From a virus, in IMG/VR virus record IMGVR_UViG_3300042453_001086, positions 32,001 through 96,000 of that record: a DNA stretch of 64,000 nucleotides; one strand, written 5' to 3'. Positions 1 to 9,433 of the stretch are shown here, piece by piece. The first letter of the stretch is position 1. Each line of letters opens with the position of its first letter. A model generated the notes under the pieces. The model was not told the DNA's origin. It made no database searches and saw only the letters and a list, made by a program, of their open reading frames with translations. A program made the position numbers and the translations under genes.

Positions 1-1120
1 TCATAGGAGTGGGATTCATAACTAAGTGGGCAGACATTTCTAATCTATATTTACCCCCAACCTTTCTCAATGATGGGTTTCCTTGTAAAACTCCCGTACA
101 GTTAGATATTCCGTATGTAGAAGTTCCAAAGTTTTTTCCATAAACAGATTCCATCTTTAAAGCATTATCTTCAATATCCATCATTGCAGTAAAACCTTTT
201 CCACTTGATTGTTGAAAATCATACTGCATTCCTGCACCACAAAAATACGAAAGATATTTTGCAAAAGCTCTAATCTCAGGAAACTTATCCAAACTTTCAT
301 CAGCACCTTCTTTATCATTTGCGTAATGACTAACGCCACCCCATTGCTGAAAATGACTTGCGCGTGATCCTTGCTTGTGAGAAAACCAAGCAACATCTAC
401 AAGTTTTCTATTTTCTAAAGCAACAAAAGCAAGATCAGCTTTAACGTTTCCTTCGACTTTATTAACACCAACAATATTAGAAAAAGTTTTGTTTCCTATC
501 TGTAAGTCTATAGTCGGAACACCAAGATCATCAAGTTCTTTATTAAAGGTGTTTATGAAATCTGCTTCTCCTTGTTCAGTTGCTGATGGTTCGTTCAACG
601 AATAAGAAGAATCAACTGTATCGACATAAAACCCCAGTTTACCCCAGTACATCCCTGGTTTACTTCCACCCGAAACTTTTCCACCAAAACCAACATCCAT
701 TCCCATTCCATTATCTTTTAAAATTTTTCCACTATTAACAGAACTAGCAGTTGACTTTGTTGTTGTTGTATAAAAGTTTACACGAAAAGGAGCTTTATCT
801 AGATTTGGAGTATTTTTAATTGAGTTTTCTATTGTTTTTAATATACCATTTTTTCCAGAATAAAAATTCTGAAATGAAGTAAATCTTTTTGGTTCAAATT
901 CTATAAACTCTTTACTTTGCTTCCACCTACCATTTACTTTTTCTGGTATGCTAATGCCAACCATTTTAAAATAGATTTCTACGCCATTGTCTTCAGACAA
1001 TCTATTTTTGTCCAATAAAATAAATGGTCTGTCATTTTTAATTCTATCGTATATAACCTCAAAACACTGTTTATATCTTTTGGTTATTTCTCCCCAAGTT
1101 AATCCTTTGCCGCCTGCCAT
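1..1120 (-). CDS. Hypothetical protein, putative PD-(D/E)xK-fold endonuclease (runs off the window edge; not in the ORF track)
   Basis: Manual translation from ATG at 1120 (MAGGKGLTWGEITKRYKQ...) stays open to position 2 (373 codons). GGAGG SD 9 nt upstream. Contains ...VKADLAFVAL...WFSHKQGSRASHFQQWGGVS. AT-rich. Confidence 0.8.
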   Translation of the reverse strand, partial: MAGGKGLTWGEITKRYKQCFEVIYDRIKNDRPFILLDKNRLSEDNGVEIYFKMVGISIPEKVNGRWKQSKEFIEFEPKRFTSFQNFYSGKNGILKTIENSIKNTPNLDKAPFRVNFYTTTTKSTASSVNSGKILKDNGMGMDVGFGGKVSGGSKPGMYWGKLGFYVDTVDSSYSLNEPSATEQGEADFINTFNKELDDLGVPTIDLQIGNKTFSNIVGVNKVEGNVKADLAFVALENRKLVDVAWFSHKQGSRASHFQQWGGVSHYANDKEGADESLDKFPEIRAFAKYLSYFCGAGMQYDFQQSSGKGFTAMMDIEDNALKMESVYGKNFGTSTYGISNCTGVLQGNPSLRKVGGKYRLEMSAHLVMNPTPM

Positions 1121-1129
1121 ATAAAAATA

Positions 1130-1154
1130 CCTCCCCTAATATATTTAGGGGAGG
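1130..1154 (-). promoter_or_regulatory. 10-bp hairpin sequestering the SD of the 1120 ORF, with a TAAATA late-promoter core at the arm/loop junction
   Basis: Minus strand cctcccctaa-atata-ttaggggagg. GGAGG lies in the 3' arm; TAAATA at 1147..1142. Confidence 0.65.
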
Positions 1155-1160
1155 CATATA

Positions 1161-1565
1161 TCAAAGGTCGTTGGCGACTCGTTTCTCACTTCGCTCAATA
1201 CTGAAGGTTCCTTCTGGGTATCGAGCAGTCAGTTTCTCAAAGTTCATTTGAGCAATCTCCTCAAACGAAATATCAAGAGCAATACATGCTTGAGCAACAT
1301 ACCACAGGATATCACCAAGTTCACGTTTCATGTGAAAGATGTTATCTTCATTATAAGGTTTGCCTTGGAATGCGATCTTCTTCACGATCTCAGTAAACTC
1401 ACCACCTTCGGCAGTGATGCCACAGGCAGCAGTCATCAGACGCTGAATGTCAGCGCCTTGATTTTTCAGTTCGAGAATACGATCAACAAACTCACTAGTA
1501 TCTTTAGATGCTGGGCTGGTGACGGCACCAACAAACTCAACATACTTATTAAAATCAATCGTCAT
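1161..1565 (-). CDS. mazG: MazG-family nucleoside triphosphate pyrophosphohydrolase
   Basis: AEGGEFTEIVKK...KRELGDILWYVAQ MazG motifs; position after gp41 is typical of cyanomyoviruses. Confidence 0.93.
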   Translation of the reverse strand: MTIDFNKYVEFVGAVTSPASKDTSEFVDRILELKNQGADIQRLMTAACGITAEGGEFTEIVKKIAFQGKPYNEDNIFHMKRELGDILWYVAQACIALDISFEEIAQMNFEKLTARYPEGTFSIERSEKRVANDL

Positions 1566-2944
1566 AGAATAAAACTGGTAAACTTGTTTTGTGTGTTTCG
1601 ACTTTGTTCTGCCGCCATTTCTTCAAAGTCATATTCCTCTTCTTTATCAGAAGAGAGGTCAACGGCGTTATCAACATTATAGAGCTTCATCCGTGCTCTG
1701 TCAACCCCAACCAGAAAACGCTTGTGCATGGTGGGATCGTTGTATCGATTCTTCAACTGCTTGACCATAATCTTGCCATCCTTCTCCAGATCCTCTGTAG
1801 CGATGAGAGCAAACATAAAGTCAGCAGTAGCTGGCAAGCCAAAAGACTCACTGGTATCAGTGAGATCGACATCACTATTACCAAACCCACTCCTAGTAGT
1901 CTGGGTAGCAGATACAAGCGGAACATTGTGCTCAACGGCAAGACCTCTAAGTTCTTCTGCGATTGCTTTGACATAGGTATAGGAGTTTACGATCGCTCCT
2001 TTGTATCTCGCACTTGCACAGATGTTGAGGTAGTCGATAAAGATGATATCGGGTTTAAATGTTTTCTTCAGTTGTAGTTCGTTAAGCAGGGATTTGAAAT
2101 GCCCGACGTGTGCTGATGCTGTAGGATATTCTTTGATGATAAGTCTACCTGCAGTCTTACGCTTCAGTTCATTGATGCGACTTTGAAAGATTGTCTCAGG
2201 CAAATCAATCAGGTCTTTGATATTGACGTTAAACAAGTTAGCATCAATACGTTCGGCAATCTTTTCTTCTGCCATTTCCATAGTGATGTAGAGAACGTTG
2301 CGACCCATCGACAAACAATGAGCGGCAAGGTCACACATAAAGAGTGACTTACCTACACCAGTGCCAGCAAGAGCAACGTTAAGAGTCTTGTTTGGCAGAC
2401 CACCTTTGGTAATCTTATTAAAGTATTCAAGGTGGAAAGGAATCTTATCTTCCTCACGATGGTAGAACTCATATCGCTCAACACTATTCTCTAGATAATC
2501 GTGACCTACATGTTCGTCGAACGATACTGCCAGGGCCTCTTGAAGGATTGCTGGGATCGCATCTTTTGATATTTTTGTATTACCTCCATCCGCGACCTTG
2601 ATTGATTCGAGGAGAGCAAGATAGATTGCTCTGTCTTTACACCACTTCTCTGTGGTGTCGAGCAACCAGTTGTATTCGACTGGAGCATCACTAAGCTCAG
2701 CAATCGTTTTAACCGCGTTTTGATATACTTCCTCATTTAAATCTTTCCTTCCTTCAAGGTTAATCGTCAACACTTCTTTGGTAGGCACCAGTTCATAGGT
2801 GCTTGCGAAGTTCCAGACTTCTTCATAGATCACACGTTCATGGATCTCATTGAAGTAATCTGGTTTTACAAAAGGAACAACCTTCCTGTAGAACTGTTCG
2901 TTACACAGGAGGTTGCGTAAAATAGTTGTTTCAATCCTCTCCAT
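1562..2944 (-). CDS. gp41: Replicative DNA helicase (T4 gp41, DnaB-like)
   Basis: Walker [42 protein letters not shown]. Confidence 0.96.
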   Translation of the reverse strand: MERIETTILRNLLCNEQFYRKVVPFVKPDYFNEIHERVIYEEVWNFASTYELVPTKEVLTINLEGRKDLNEEVYQNAVKTIAELSDAPVEYNWLLDTTEKWCKDRAIYLALLESIKVADGGNTKISKDAIPAILQEALAVSFDEHVGHDYLENSVERYEFYHREEDKIPFHLEYFNKITKGGLPNKTLNVALAGTGVGKSLFMCDLAAHCLSMGRNVLYITMEMAEEKIAERIDANLFNVNIKDLIDLPETIFQSRINELKRKTAGRLIIKEYPTASAHVGHFKSLLNELQLKKTFKPDIIFIDYLNICASARYKGAIVNSYTYVKAIAEELRGLAVEHNVPLVSATQTTRSGFGNSDVDLTDTSESFGLPATADFMFALIATEDLEKDGKIMVKQLKNRYNDPTMHKRFLVGVDRARMKLYNVDNAVDLSSDKEEEYDFEEMAAEQSRNTQNKFTSFIL

Positions 2945-3959
2945 CCACTACTCCGTATAGAAACTCTTTACTGGCACACTCATCAAGGGCTTGCATTATT
3001 TCGGGGGTGAAATATTTTTCGGGATCAGCAAGTATAACAGAAGGATAAACGGAAGATTCCCCAACAACCACCCGATTCCCCTTACGCTGGAATACTCCGT
3101 ATTTCTCACCCAACTCCAATAATCCATAATACTTATCCAATCCCCGTGAGTCATAGAATAACCTCGTCTCGATGTCTGAGTTTTCTTTGGTGAAGCGAGA
3201 CTTCTGTGCCTTCACTTTAATAATGTTACCCACAACTTCAGTGCCATCTTTCTCTTTCTTCTTAGACAAGAAGAGGATAGTTGATGCAGCATACTTCAAA
3301 CCAGTGCCGCCACCCATTTCTTTAGTCGGCACATAAGCACCAACCACTTCATATGTATGGTTAGTAACGATGAGCGGAATACCTGCTTGACCTAGCTTGA
3401 GTGATAGAATCCTAAAGATAGATTTGATCACCTGAGCGCGAGTCATGTCGCGTGTCTCCTTACCATCGGTTGCATCCTGAATCTCCTTAGAGGTCGAGAG
3501 CATCCCCAAAGAGTCTAGCACAAAAAGCAGCGGAGGTCTATCCTCTTTCTTAAGTTTCACATACTCATCTACCACCTTGATAGACTGAGTGCGAAACTCT
3601 TGAACAGTAGTGACAGGAACCAGACCGACACGTTTAACATCAATACCACGCGAAACCATCATGTCTTTAGACACAGCAGATTCAGTTTCAAAATAGATTA
3701 CCTGAGCATCAGGATTACTATTCAAGAAATGTTTGACGATGGAGAGGGCAAAGAATGTTTTACCAGTAGAGGATTCTCCAGCAAGCGCGGTGATTTTGTT
3801 GGAGGGTAATCCACCATAGATACTCCCACTAATGAGAGCGTTGAGAATATAGCTCCCTGTATCAACAAAGCCGTCGCAATCGCCCGTTGCGATTCCGTCA
3901 TCCGCCACACTTGCAAACTCATTATCTAACTCCTTAATAACAGATTGTAGGAAACTCAT
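2931..3959 (-). CDS. uvsX: RecA-like recombinase UvsX
   Basis: [30 protein letters not shown]. Confidence 0.95.
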   Translation of the reverse strand: MSFLQSVIKELDNEFASVADDGIATGDCDGFVDTGSYILNALISGSIYGGLPSNKITALAGESSTGKTFFALSIVKHFLNSNPDAQVIYFETESAVSKDMMVSRGIDVKRVGLVPVTTVQEFRTQSIKVVDEYVKLKKEDRPPLLFVLDSLGMLSTSKEIQDATDGKETRDMTRAQVIKSIFRILSLKLGQAGIPLIVTNHTYEVVGAYVPTKEMGGGTGLKYAASTILFLSKKKEKDGTEVVGNIIKVKAQKSRFTKENSDIETRLFYDSRGLDKYYGLLELGEKYGVFQRKGNRVVVGESSVYPSVILADPEKYFTPEIMQALDECASKEFLYGVVDGED

Positions 3960-3965
3960 AATACC

Positions 3966-6458
3966 TCAACTAAAAAAACTACTTAAACTGCCTTTGCGTT
4001 CAGATTGCCATCCGATACATTCTAGCACGTTCTTCAGTGGTTCGAAGAAACTCTTCTCAAACTGTAGCGTATAGTCAACGTATTTGTCAAGGTTCAGTTC
4101 CTTCGGCAGTTGTTGAAAGAACGAGATGACATTTTCACGGATGGGGTTAGGTGTCTTCAGATATAGAAACTTAATCTTTTCACCTTCTTGAATGATTGGA
4201 TACTTGTGCTCCAAGTTATTCTTGCGAATATAATAGTTGTAAAGCAATGCTCCTCTTACTTGAATCGGTGTGCCCTTCTGGTAAATATCAGCCGCACTGC
4301 GATACTTCTTCAATCCATTGCAACCACGAGGGAATGCAACGTCAAGATAGTTCTGCTTCTTAGTGTCTTCCTTGATTTCATTAATGAAGTCAAGCACATC
4401 ATCATTTGTTTTAGTAATGATAATAGTGTATGCCTGCATCAGTTTGTCTCGGAAGTAAGCAGGAGTGGAAGAACGTGCCGTCTCCATGCCACAGATTTTC
4501 ATCTTAGGTTTGGCATAACGCACACCTTCGCTATCCCATACGTTGAGAACATAGCGTTTCTTCGCGGTCCAGAAACCACGCTCAGCAATGTTCTCACGCT
4601 TCATCTTCATCATTTGCGCGTAGGCGTTGAGGTAATCCGCCAGTTCTTGGTAAGAACTTTCAATAAACTTTTCAAGTTCCATGCTACAGACCTTATCAAG
4701 GAATGTAACAATGCTCTCATTAGTTTTCTCTCGTCCTGCGAATACCTTTTCAACCAGAGGACCAAGATTAAGATACATAGAATCAGTGTCTGAAGCAATA
4801 ACATAATCAACTCCATTCGTTTTCAGGATTTTATTTAGATAGGCATTCATTCTATCTCCAATCCAACGAATAGATAGCTGACCAGATAGAGTGATTGCCT
4901 CAGCGATTTCAAGTTTGTAATAACGGAAGTGCTCGTTACCGATAGCACCATAGGCAGAGTTGAGTTGAATCTTTCGTGCCATCTGAATGTTATTGCAGCG
5001 AGAGATTTCTTTCTTCAACTCAATCGTTGGAGTCTTTTCGTATTGCTGTTTAGCAGCAAGCATCTTCTTTTTGTAGATGGTTCTGTCTTGATAGATCTTC
5101 TCCATGAGCTTGGGAAGGAATCCCTGAAACTCAGTGGTGTAGTGCGTCCCATTGGCGCACAGGGTCTCCCCTACGAGGTCGCTGGTATCGAACGCCTTAT
5201 CGAGCAGCATATCCACGTTGACGCTGCTACGGCGTGGTAGGAGGGTCTCTGGAGACAGGTTGTATTGCATGATTAGGTGAGGATACAGGGAGTTCAAGTC
5301 GAACGACACCACCCAGTCATACATGCCAGGCACAGGTTCCTTCACATAAGCACCAGCATACTTGGCATCCTTAACACTATCTTTCTTAGGAGGAATCACT
5401 ACGCCCATCTTCGCAAGATAGATGAAGATGATGTTATCCCACATACGCACCTGAGAATACACATCCTCAAAGTTTACCTTAGCGTCGTATGCCATAGTAA
5501 ACGCCAGTTCCAATAGCTTCATCTTGTCTTCTAGTTGGTCAACAAGGCGAACGTCAATGATGTTATACCTAACAAACTTATCCCAATCTTTAGTGTAGAA
5601 CTCCTTGAAAGTATCAAACTCAGAGTGGTCAAGTTTCTTAGCGTCAAGTTCTACCGACGCGATATGGTCGAGGCGATAGGATTCTTGGTTGGTGTATGTG
5701 AACTTCTTATAGAGTTCAAGGTAATCCAAACAAGCAACACCAGGAATATCATATGCAATCTGTTTGCGACCCTTAATGAAAATCTCACGCGAGGAGATTA
5801 GTTTCCAAGGAGACAAAAGTTTAGTATAATCTTCACCAAGCATTCTATCCATGCGGCGGCAGATGTATGGAATATCAAATAGTTGAACGTTCCAACCAGT
5901 GATTACGTCGGGGGTATTCTCCTGCCACCAGCGTAGAAAGCTAGTGAGGAGTTTCGTTTCATCGTTGCAATGAATGTAATCAACCTGTCTGTCTTCATTC
6001 TGGAAACTTTTTGATCCCCAGACAGTGATGCGATTTGTAAAAGAATCACGGATAGAAATAAGCAGAATCTCTTGGTCTGCTGATTCAATATCAGGGAAAC
6101 CATTTTCTGCTCCAGTCTCAATATCGAGAGTGAAGGTGCGAATAAGAGATGAGTCGAACTTGATTTCATCTTCTGGATATGCTTCGTTGATATACTGATA
6201 CAAGTATCTAGTATTTCCATGGATTTCAAATCCTTCCACACCTTCATACTGATTGATGAACTGCCTACAATCATTAATAGAGCCTGGAGAGATTGCTTTA
6301 AGAAAGCGCCCATCCAGACTCTTGTGGTCTGTTTGCTTATTGCTAAGCACATACAGTTTAGGATTGTAGTTTACACGATACTGAACACGCTCACCATTTT
6401 CATAACCACGAACGAGGACACGATTCCCCGCTTGTTCAATGTTCGTATAAAACTTCAT
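3966..6458 (-). CDS. gp43: Family B DNA polymerase (T4 gp43)
   Basis: Exonuclease DIETG and YNIIDV; polymerase SFDLNSLYPH, KIQLNSAYG, ASDTDS, KKRY. 830 aa with no intein-sized insertion. Confidence 0.97.
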   Translation of the reverse strand: MKFYTNIEQAGNRVLVRGYENGERVQYRVNYNPKLYVLSNKQTDHKSLDGRFLKAISPGSINDCRQFINQYEGVEGFEIHGNTRYLYQYINEAYPEDEIKFDSSLIRTFTLDIETGAENGFPDIESADQEILLISIRDSFTNRITVWGSKSFQNEDRQVDYIHCNDETKLLTSFLRWWQENTPDVITGWNVQLFDIPYICRRMDRMLGEDYTKLLSPWKLISSREIFIKGRKQIAYDIPGVACLDYLELYKKFTYTNQESYRLDHIASVELDAKKLDHSEFDTFKEFYTKDWDKFVRYNIIDVRLVDQLEDKMKLLELAFTMAYDAKVNFEDVYSQVRMWDNIIFIYLAKMGVVIPPKKDSVKDAKYAGAYVKEPVPGMYDWVVSFDLNSLYPHLIMQYNLSPETLLPRRSSVNVDMLLDKAFDTSDLVGETLCANGTHYTTEFQGFLPKLMEKIYQDRTIYKKKMLAAKQQYEKTPTIELKKEISRCNNIQMARKIQLNSAYGAIGNEHFRYYKLEIAEAITLSGQLSIRWIGDRMNAYLNKILKTNGVDYVIASDTDSMYLNLGPLVEKVFAGREKTNESIVTFLDKVCSMELEKFIESSYQELADYLNAYAQMMKMKRENIAERGFWTAKKRYVLNVWDSEGVRYAKPKMKICGMETARSSTPAYFRDKLMQAYTIIITKTNDDVLDFINEIKEDTKKQNYLDVAFPRGCNGLKKYRSAADIYQKGTPIQVRGALLYNYYIRKNNLEHKYPIIQEGEKIKFLYLKTPNPIRENVISFFQQLPKELNLDKYVDYTLQFEKSFFEPLKNVLECIGWQSERKGSLSSFFS

Positions 6459-6461
6459 GCG

Positions 6462-6848
6462 TCAACCCACGGTCTTCTGGTAGTATTCTAGCACAGAATA
6501 GGACGGATCGCAAATGGTCAGAATGTCATCTGCTCGCATGTAGATTTGAGTTTGATTAGTATATTTTGGAAACTTCTGTAATAGAATATAATCTGACTGA
6601 ATAACTGTCACTTCGTTACCATCCTTATCTGTTTCTTTTTCCACACTCTCTTCAATAAAAAGAGCATCTGGATTGTGAACGTTTTTGTAATCAACGTTAG
6701 AATGATCCCAGTAAGTCAGGTCAGTTATTCTGTATGGATTTGTAAGAAGACACTCGGGGCTTTCTTCTCTTTCTTCAATCCCCGCTATCAGATACTCCTG
6801 ATTCTTCAACAGAATCACTTGAATCACTGGTTGCTGTGGCGTCGTCAT
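6462..6848 (-). CDS. Hypothetical protein (Sm-like-fold phage family, tentative)
   Basis: 128-aa ORF; VILLKNQEYLIA...NPY...ILTICDP pattern shared with its neighbour and with 19065..19484. Confidence 0.65.
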   Translation of the reverse strand: MTTPQQPVIQVILLKNQEYLIAGIEEREESPECLLTNPYRITDLTYWDHSNVDYKNVHNPDALFIEESVEKETDKDGNEVTVIQSDYILLQKFPKYTNQTQIYMRADDILTICDPSYSVLEYYQKTVG

Positions 6849-7134
6849 TTAGTTTATCTCCAAATTTTTCAATGTAAATGTTAGCAATGTCTGGTTCTGG
6901 ATCTCCAATAGCAGCAACTACATCATAAGGAACTTTATATTGAATATCGGTAGCATATGGAATCCATTTAGTAAAGTTTACAGAGAACTGACCATCTCCA
7001 CTAGGAGTCATAGAAAGAACATACGGACACCTAAAAACAAATCCTAATCCTTTATTTGTTTCTGGATCAGTAAACTCACCAACTGCAGCAATGAGTTTTT
7101 CTCCATTCTTAGTAACAATAATCTTTGGAATCAT
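6775..7134 (-). CDS. Hypothetical protein (Sm-like-fold phage family, tentative)
   Basis: 119-aa ORF with AGGAG SD, directly downstream of a sigma70-type promoter; IIVTKNGEKLIA...CPY...KWIPY pattern. Confidence 0.75.
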   Translation of the reverse strand: MIPKIIVTKNGEKLIAAVGEFTDPETNKGLGFVFRCPYVLSMTPSGDGQFSVNFTKWIPYATDIQYKVPYDVVAAIGDPEPDIANIYIEKFGDKLNDDATATSDSSDSVEESGVSDSGD

Positions 7135-7157
7135 AAAATAATCTCCTGTTTAATAAA

Positions 7158-7186
7158 AGTATAGCACAAAAAAGAAAATAGGGCAA
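7158..7186 (-). promoter_or_regulatory. Sigma70-type early promoter for the gp43 operon
   Basis: TTGCCC-N17-TATACT with extended -10 TG (TGCTATACT). Confidence 0.7.
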
Positions 7187-7213
7187 GAGCTGATAGTTGC
7201 CAGCCCCGCCCTT
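7170..7213 (-). terminator. Intrinsic terminator after hsp20, overlapping the -35 box of the next promoter
   Basis: agggcggggctg-gcaactat-cagctcttgccct followed by ATTTTCTTTTTT. Confidence 0.7.
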
Positions 7214-7242
7214 GCGCCGACGATATTTGGGTTGCCCCGCGA

Positions 7243-7689
7243 CTATTTATCCTCAGTTAAAAACTTAGGATCTAGTTTTCTACCAATAGTATACGTCGTT
7301 CTCTTCTGATGTTCTGGGATGACTTTCTCCAGTGAGATTGTTAGTAGACCATCCGCAAAGTCTACAGAGGATACTCTGACTTCATCTGCAAGTTGCCATG
7401 AGTTATTGAAGGAACGTTTGGATAAACCTTTGTGCAAGTATGTTCTTTCAGTATCTCGTTTTTCAACTTTTGAGGTAACTCTGAGAATGTTTTGTTCTGT
7501 AGAGACCTCAATCTCATCTGCTCTAAATCCAGCCAGAGCGATTTCAATTTCGTAGTTAGCTTCATCGTGTTTGACGATATTGTATGGAGGATAGCTTGTG
7601 TTGTGACCAGACATGGCATCCAGTCTATTAAAAATGCTATCTAATCCAACGCCAAAGGGGGCGTAAATATCCCAGGTGTATTGTGACAT
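7243..7689 (-). CDS. hsp20: Small heat-shock protein (Hsp20/IbpA family)
   Basis: SYPPYNIVK, EIALAGF, HKGLSKRSF, DGLLTISL; AAGGAG SD. Confidence 0.95.
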   Translation of the reverse strand: MSQYTWDIYAPFGVGLDSIFNRLDAMSGHNTSYPPYNIVKHDEANYEIEIALAGFRADEIEVSTEQNILRVTSKVEKRDTERTYLHKGLSKRSFNNSWQLADEVRVSSVDFADGLLTISLEKVIPEHQKRTTYTIGRKLDPKFLTEDK

Positions 7690-7767
7690 GATAGTTCTCC
7701 TTGTATAAGCGAGAGTTTTAGTGGAGACCCCGAAGGCATCTCTTCAATATTATATATCAGATAGCAA

Positions 7768-7792
7768 TAAAAAAGGGAGTGTGGAACTCCCT
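7768..7792 (-). terminator. Intrinsic terminator after regA
   Basis: agggagt-tccac-actccct followed by TTTTT. Confidence 0.75.
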
Positions 7793-7798
7793 ACAAAA

Positions 7799-8227
7799 TT
7801 ATTCGGTTACCTCAGTCTTCTTACGACCAATGTTATATTTACTTTCGAGCGTCCATTCGTCTTTCTCTTTAAAAGCAAGAACTTTGATTTGATTCAACGG
7901 AGCAACATCAGCGATTGCTTCTGCTTTAACAACAGAAATCAATCCCCAATCGGATAACAGTTGAATGATTCTGTTTCTACGTTGCACATCATTCACTGAA
8001 AGATTTGTATTCTTTCCATCAAGGGCAAACAGCTCCTTGAAGTGAACGATATAATACTTGCCTTGCTTATGCAAGATATGGCAAGATTGATAAATCTTTT
8101 TTTCTTTACGGGATGCGACACCGATACGAGTTAGGGTCTCACGAACTTTGAGGAAATCATCAGGTTCATTGAGAGTAACCTCAACCATATCAGCTTGCTT
8201 CCATTCTACTTCGATATCAGGAGTCAT
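7799..8227 (-). CDS. regA: Translational repressor RegA
   Basis: DFLKVRETLTRIG, QSCHILHKQGKYYIVHFKELF, RRNRI. Confidence 0.96.
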   Translation of the reverse strand: MTPDIEVEWKQADMVEVTLNEPDDFLKVRETLTRIGVASRKEKKIYQSCHILHKQGKYYIVHFKELFALDGKNTNLSVNDVQRRNRIIQLLSDWGLISVVKAEAIADVAPLNQIKVLAFKEKDEWTLESKYNIGRKKTEVTE

Positions 8228-8610
8228 CGTTTTCCACCTTTGTCTACAAGTTTTTTAATGTGTTCAAGTTGATCTTTAGATAAAATTCTCAATGCCTGTA
8301 GAGCCTTATCGTCGTTATAACCATAATACTCCTTAATCGCATCAAGGTATTCTACTTGTGATTTTTTCGCCCAAGGCGAAAACCGCTTGCGCGGATTGAT
8401 ACTATTTATAAAAAAGTCATACTGCAACTTCTTATCCAAATGAGGATACATGTTCATCTCATTGGCAAAGAGAACTGTATCGTGGAATGCAGCAAGACAC
8501 TTGTTGACAATGAAAGGTGGATATGCTTTTTCCGATTCCTCGTCAATAACTACCGACTTCTTGTTTTGATTTATTGAGTTCAAATATTCCGTTAGAGATG
8601 GTTTCGTCAT
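8224..8610 (-). CDS. gp62: Clamp loader small subunit (T4 gp62)
   Basis: YPPFIVNKCL, LQYDFFINSI..RKRFSPW, IKEYYGY; position before regA. Confidence 0.92.
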   Translation of the reverse strand: MTKPSLTEYLNSINQNKKSVVIDEESEKAYPPFIVNKCLAAFHDTVLFANEMNMYPHLDKKLQYDFFINSINPRKRFSPWAKKSQVEYLDAIKEYYGYNDDKALQALRILSKDQLEHIKKLVDKGGKR

Positions 8611-9433
8611 AGTTAGTAATCAATAGTTCAGCACGGTCTTTTTGCTCATTCATGTAGTCACCCACTGAACGCATAGTATAAGTCAAATCCCATTTGGTTT
8701 GATAGAAACCATCATACCACTCCATAAGAGTTGGGTTGGTATTGTAAGTAATCATCCACTTGTCTTTTAGATTACCCTGAGTAATCCAAGCATGAAACTC
8801 TTCATGGTTGAATCCTTTGTGTAGTTCTCCTTTCTTACCATAGAGATTATCTTTGATATCATAAGGAGGGTCGAAGAACCAGAACGTTCCAACGGGAGCA
8901 GATGTCATCATCATATCCCAATAAGGACCACGAGTAATCTTCCAGTGTTGAATCAGTTCAGAATACTTGGGGAGATTTTCAATACCTCGCATTGAGAAGT
9001 TAGAGACACTTGCTTGAGGAGAGAAAGATGATGATTCAGTCAGACCAGAGAAACTACACTTGTTGACCACATAAAAAGCAGCAGATTTTTGAAGGTCAGG
9101 TGTATCAGCACTATTCAGTTGAATCTTCATTTCATCAAACAGTGCCCGTGCTTTACCTGGCGTGTCGTATTCATTCTTGTATGCTTCCAGCAAACAGAAT
9201 AGACCATCAGGTGACTTCTGCAGCATCTGCCAGAAGTTTACCAGCGGTTCATACAGGTCATTCACCCACACAGGAATGTCAGGGTATTCTTTTGTGAATG
9301 CGATTGCTACGCTACCACCACCGATAAAAGGTTCACGGTATTCGGTAACATCCTTAGGCATCTTGGGAACAAGATACTTGACGGCACGAGATTTACCGCC
9401 AGGATAGCGAAGGGGGGTTTTCAAAGATTTCAT
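8543..9433 (-). CDS. dam: DNA adenine methyltransferase (Dam/D12 class)
   Basis: LRYPGGKSRA (motif X), EPFIGGGSV (SAM-binding), FFDPPY (catalytic DPPY), C-terminal ELLITNY. Confidence 0.92.
   Translation of the reverse strand: MKSLKTPLRYPGGKSRAVKYLVPKMPKDVTEYREPFIGGGSVAIAFTKEYPDIPVWVNDLYEPLVNFWQMLQKSPDGLFCLLEAYKNEYDTPGKARALFDEMKIQLNSADTPDLQKSAAFYVVNKCSFSGLTESSSFSPQASVSNFSMRGIENLPKYSELIQHWKITRGPYWDMMMTSAPVGTFWFFDPPYDIKDNLYGKKGELHKGFNHEEFHAWITQGNLKDKWMITYNTNPTLMEWYDGFYQTKWDLTYTMRSVGDYMNEQKDRAELLITNYDETISNGIFELNKSKQEVGSY

Noticed and set aside
181-396. 71-aa minus-strand ORF in the track
   Set aside because: It is nested in another frame within the longer <1..1120 ORF, which has a proper SD.
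3966-6458. Introns or inteins in gp43 (also checked gp41, gp17, gp20, gp23, gp46, uvsW)
   Set aside because: All are single ORFs of ordinary length with contiguous motifs and no intein-like insertion.
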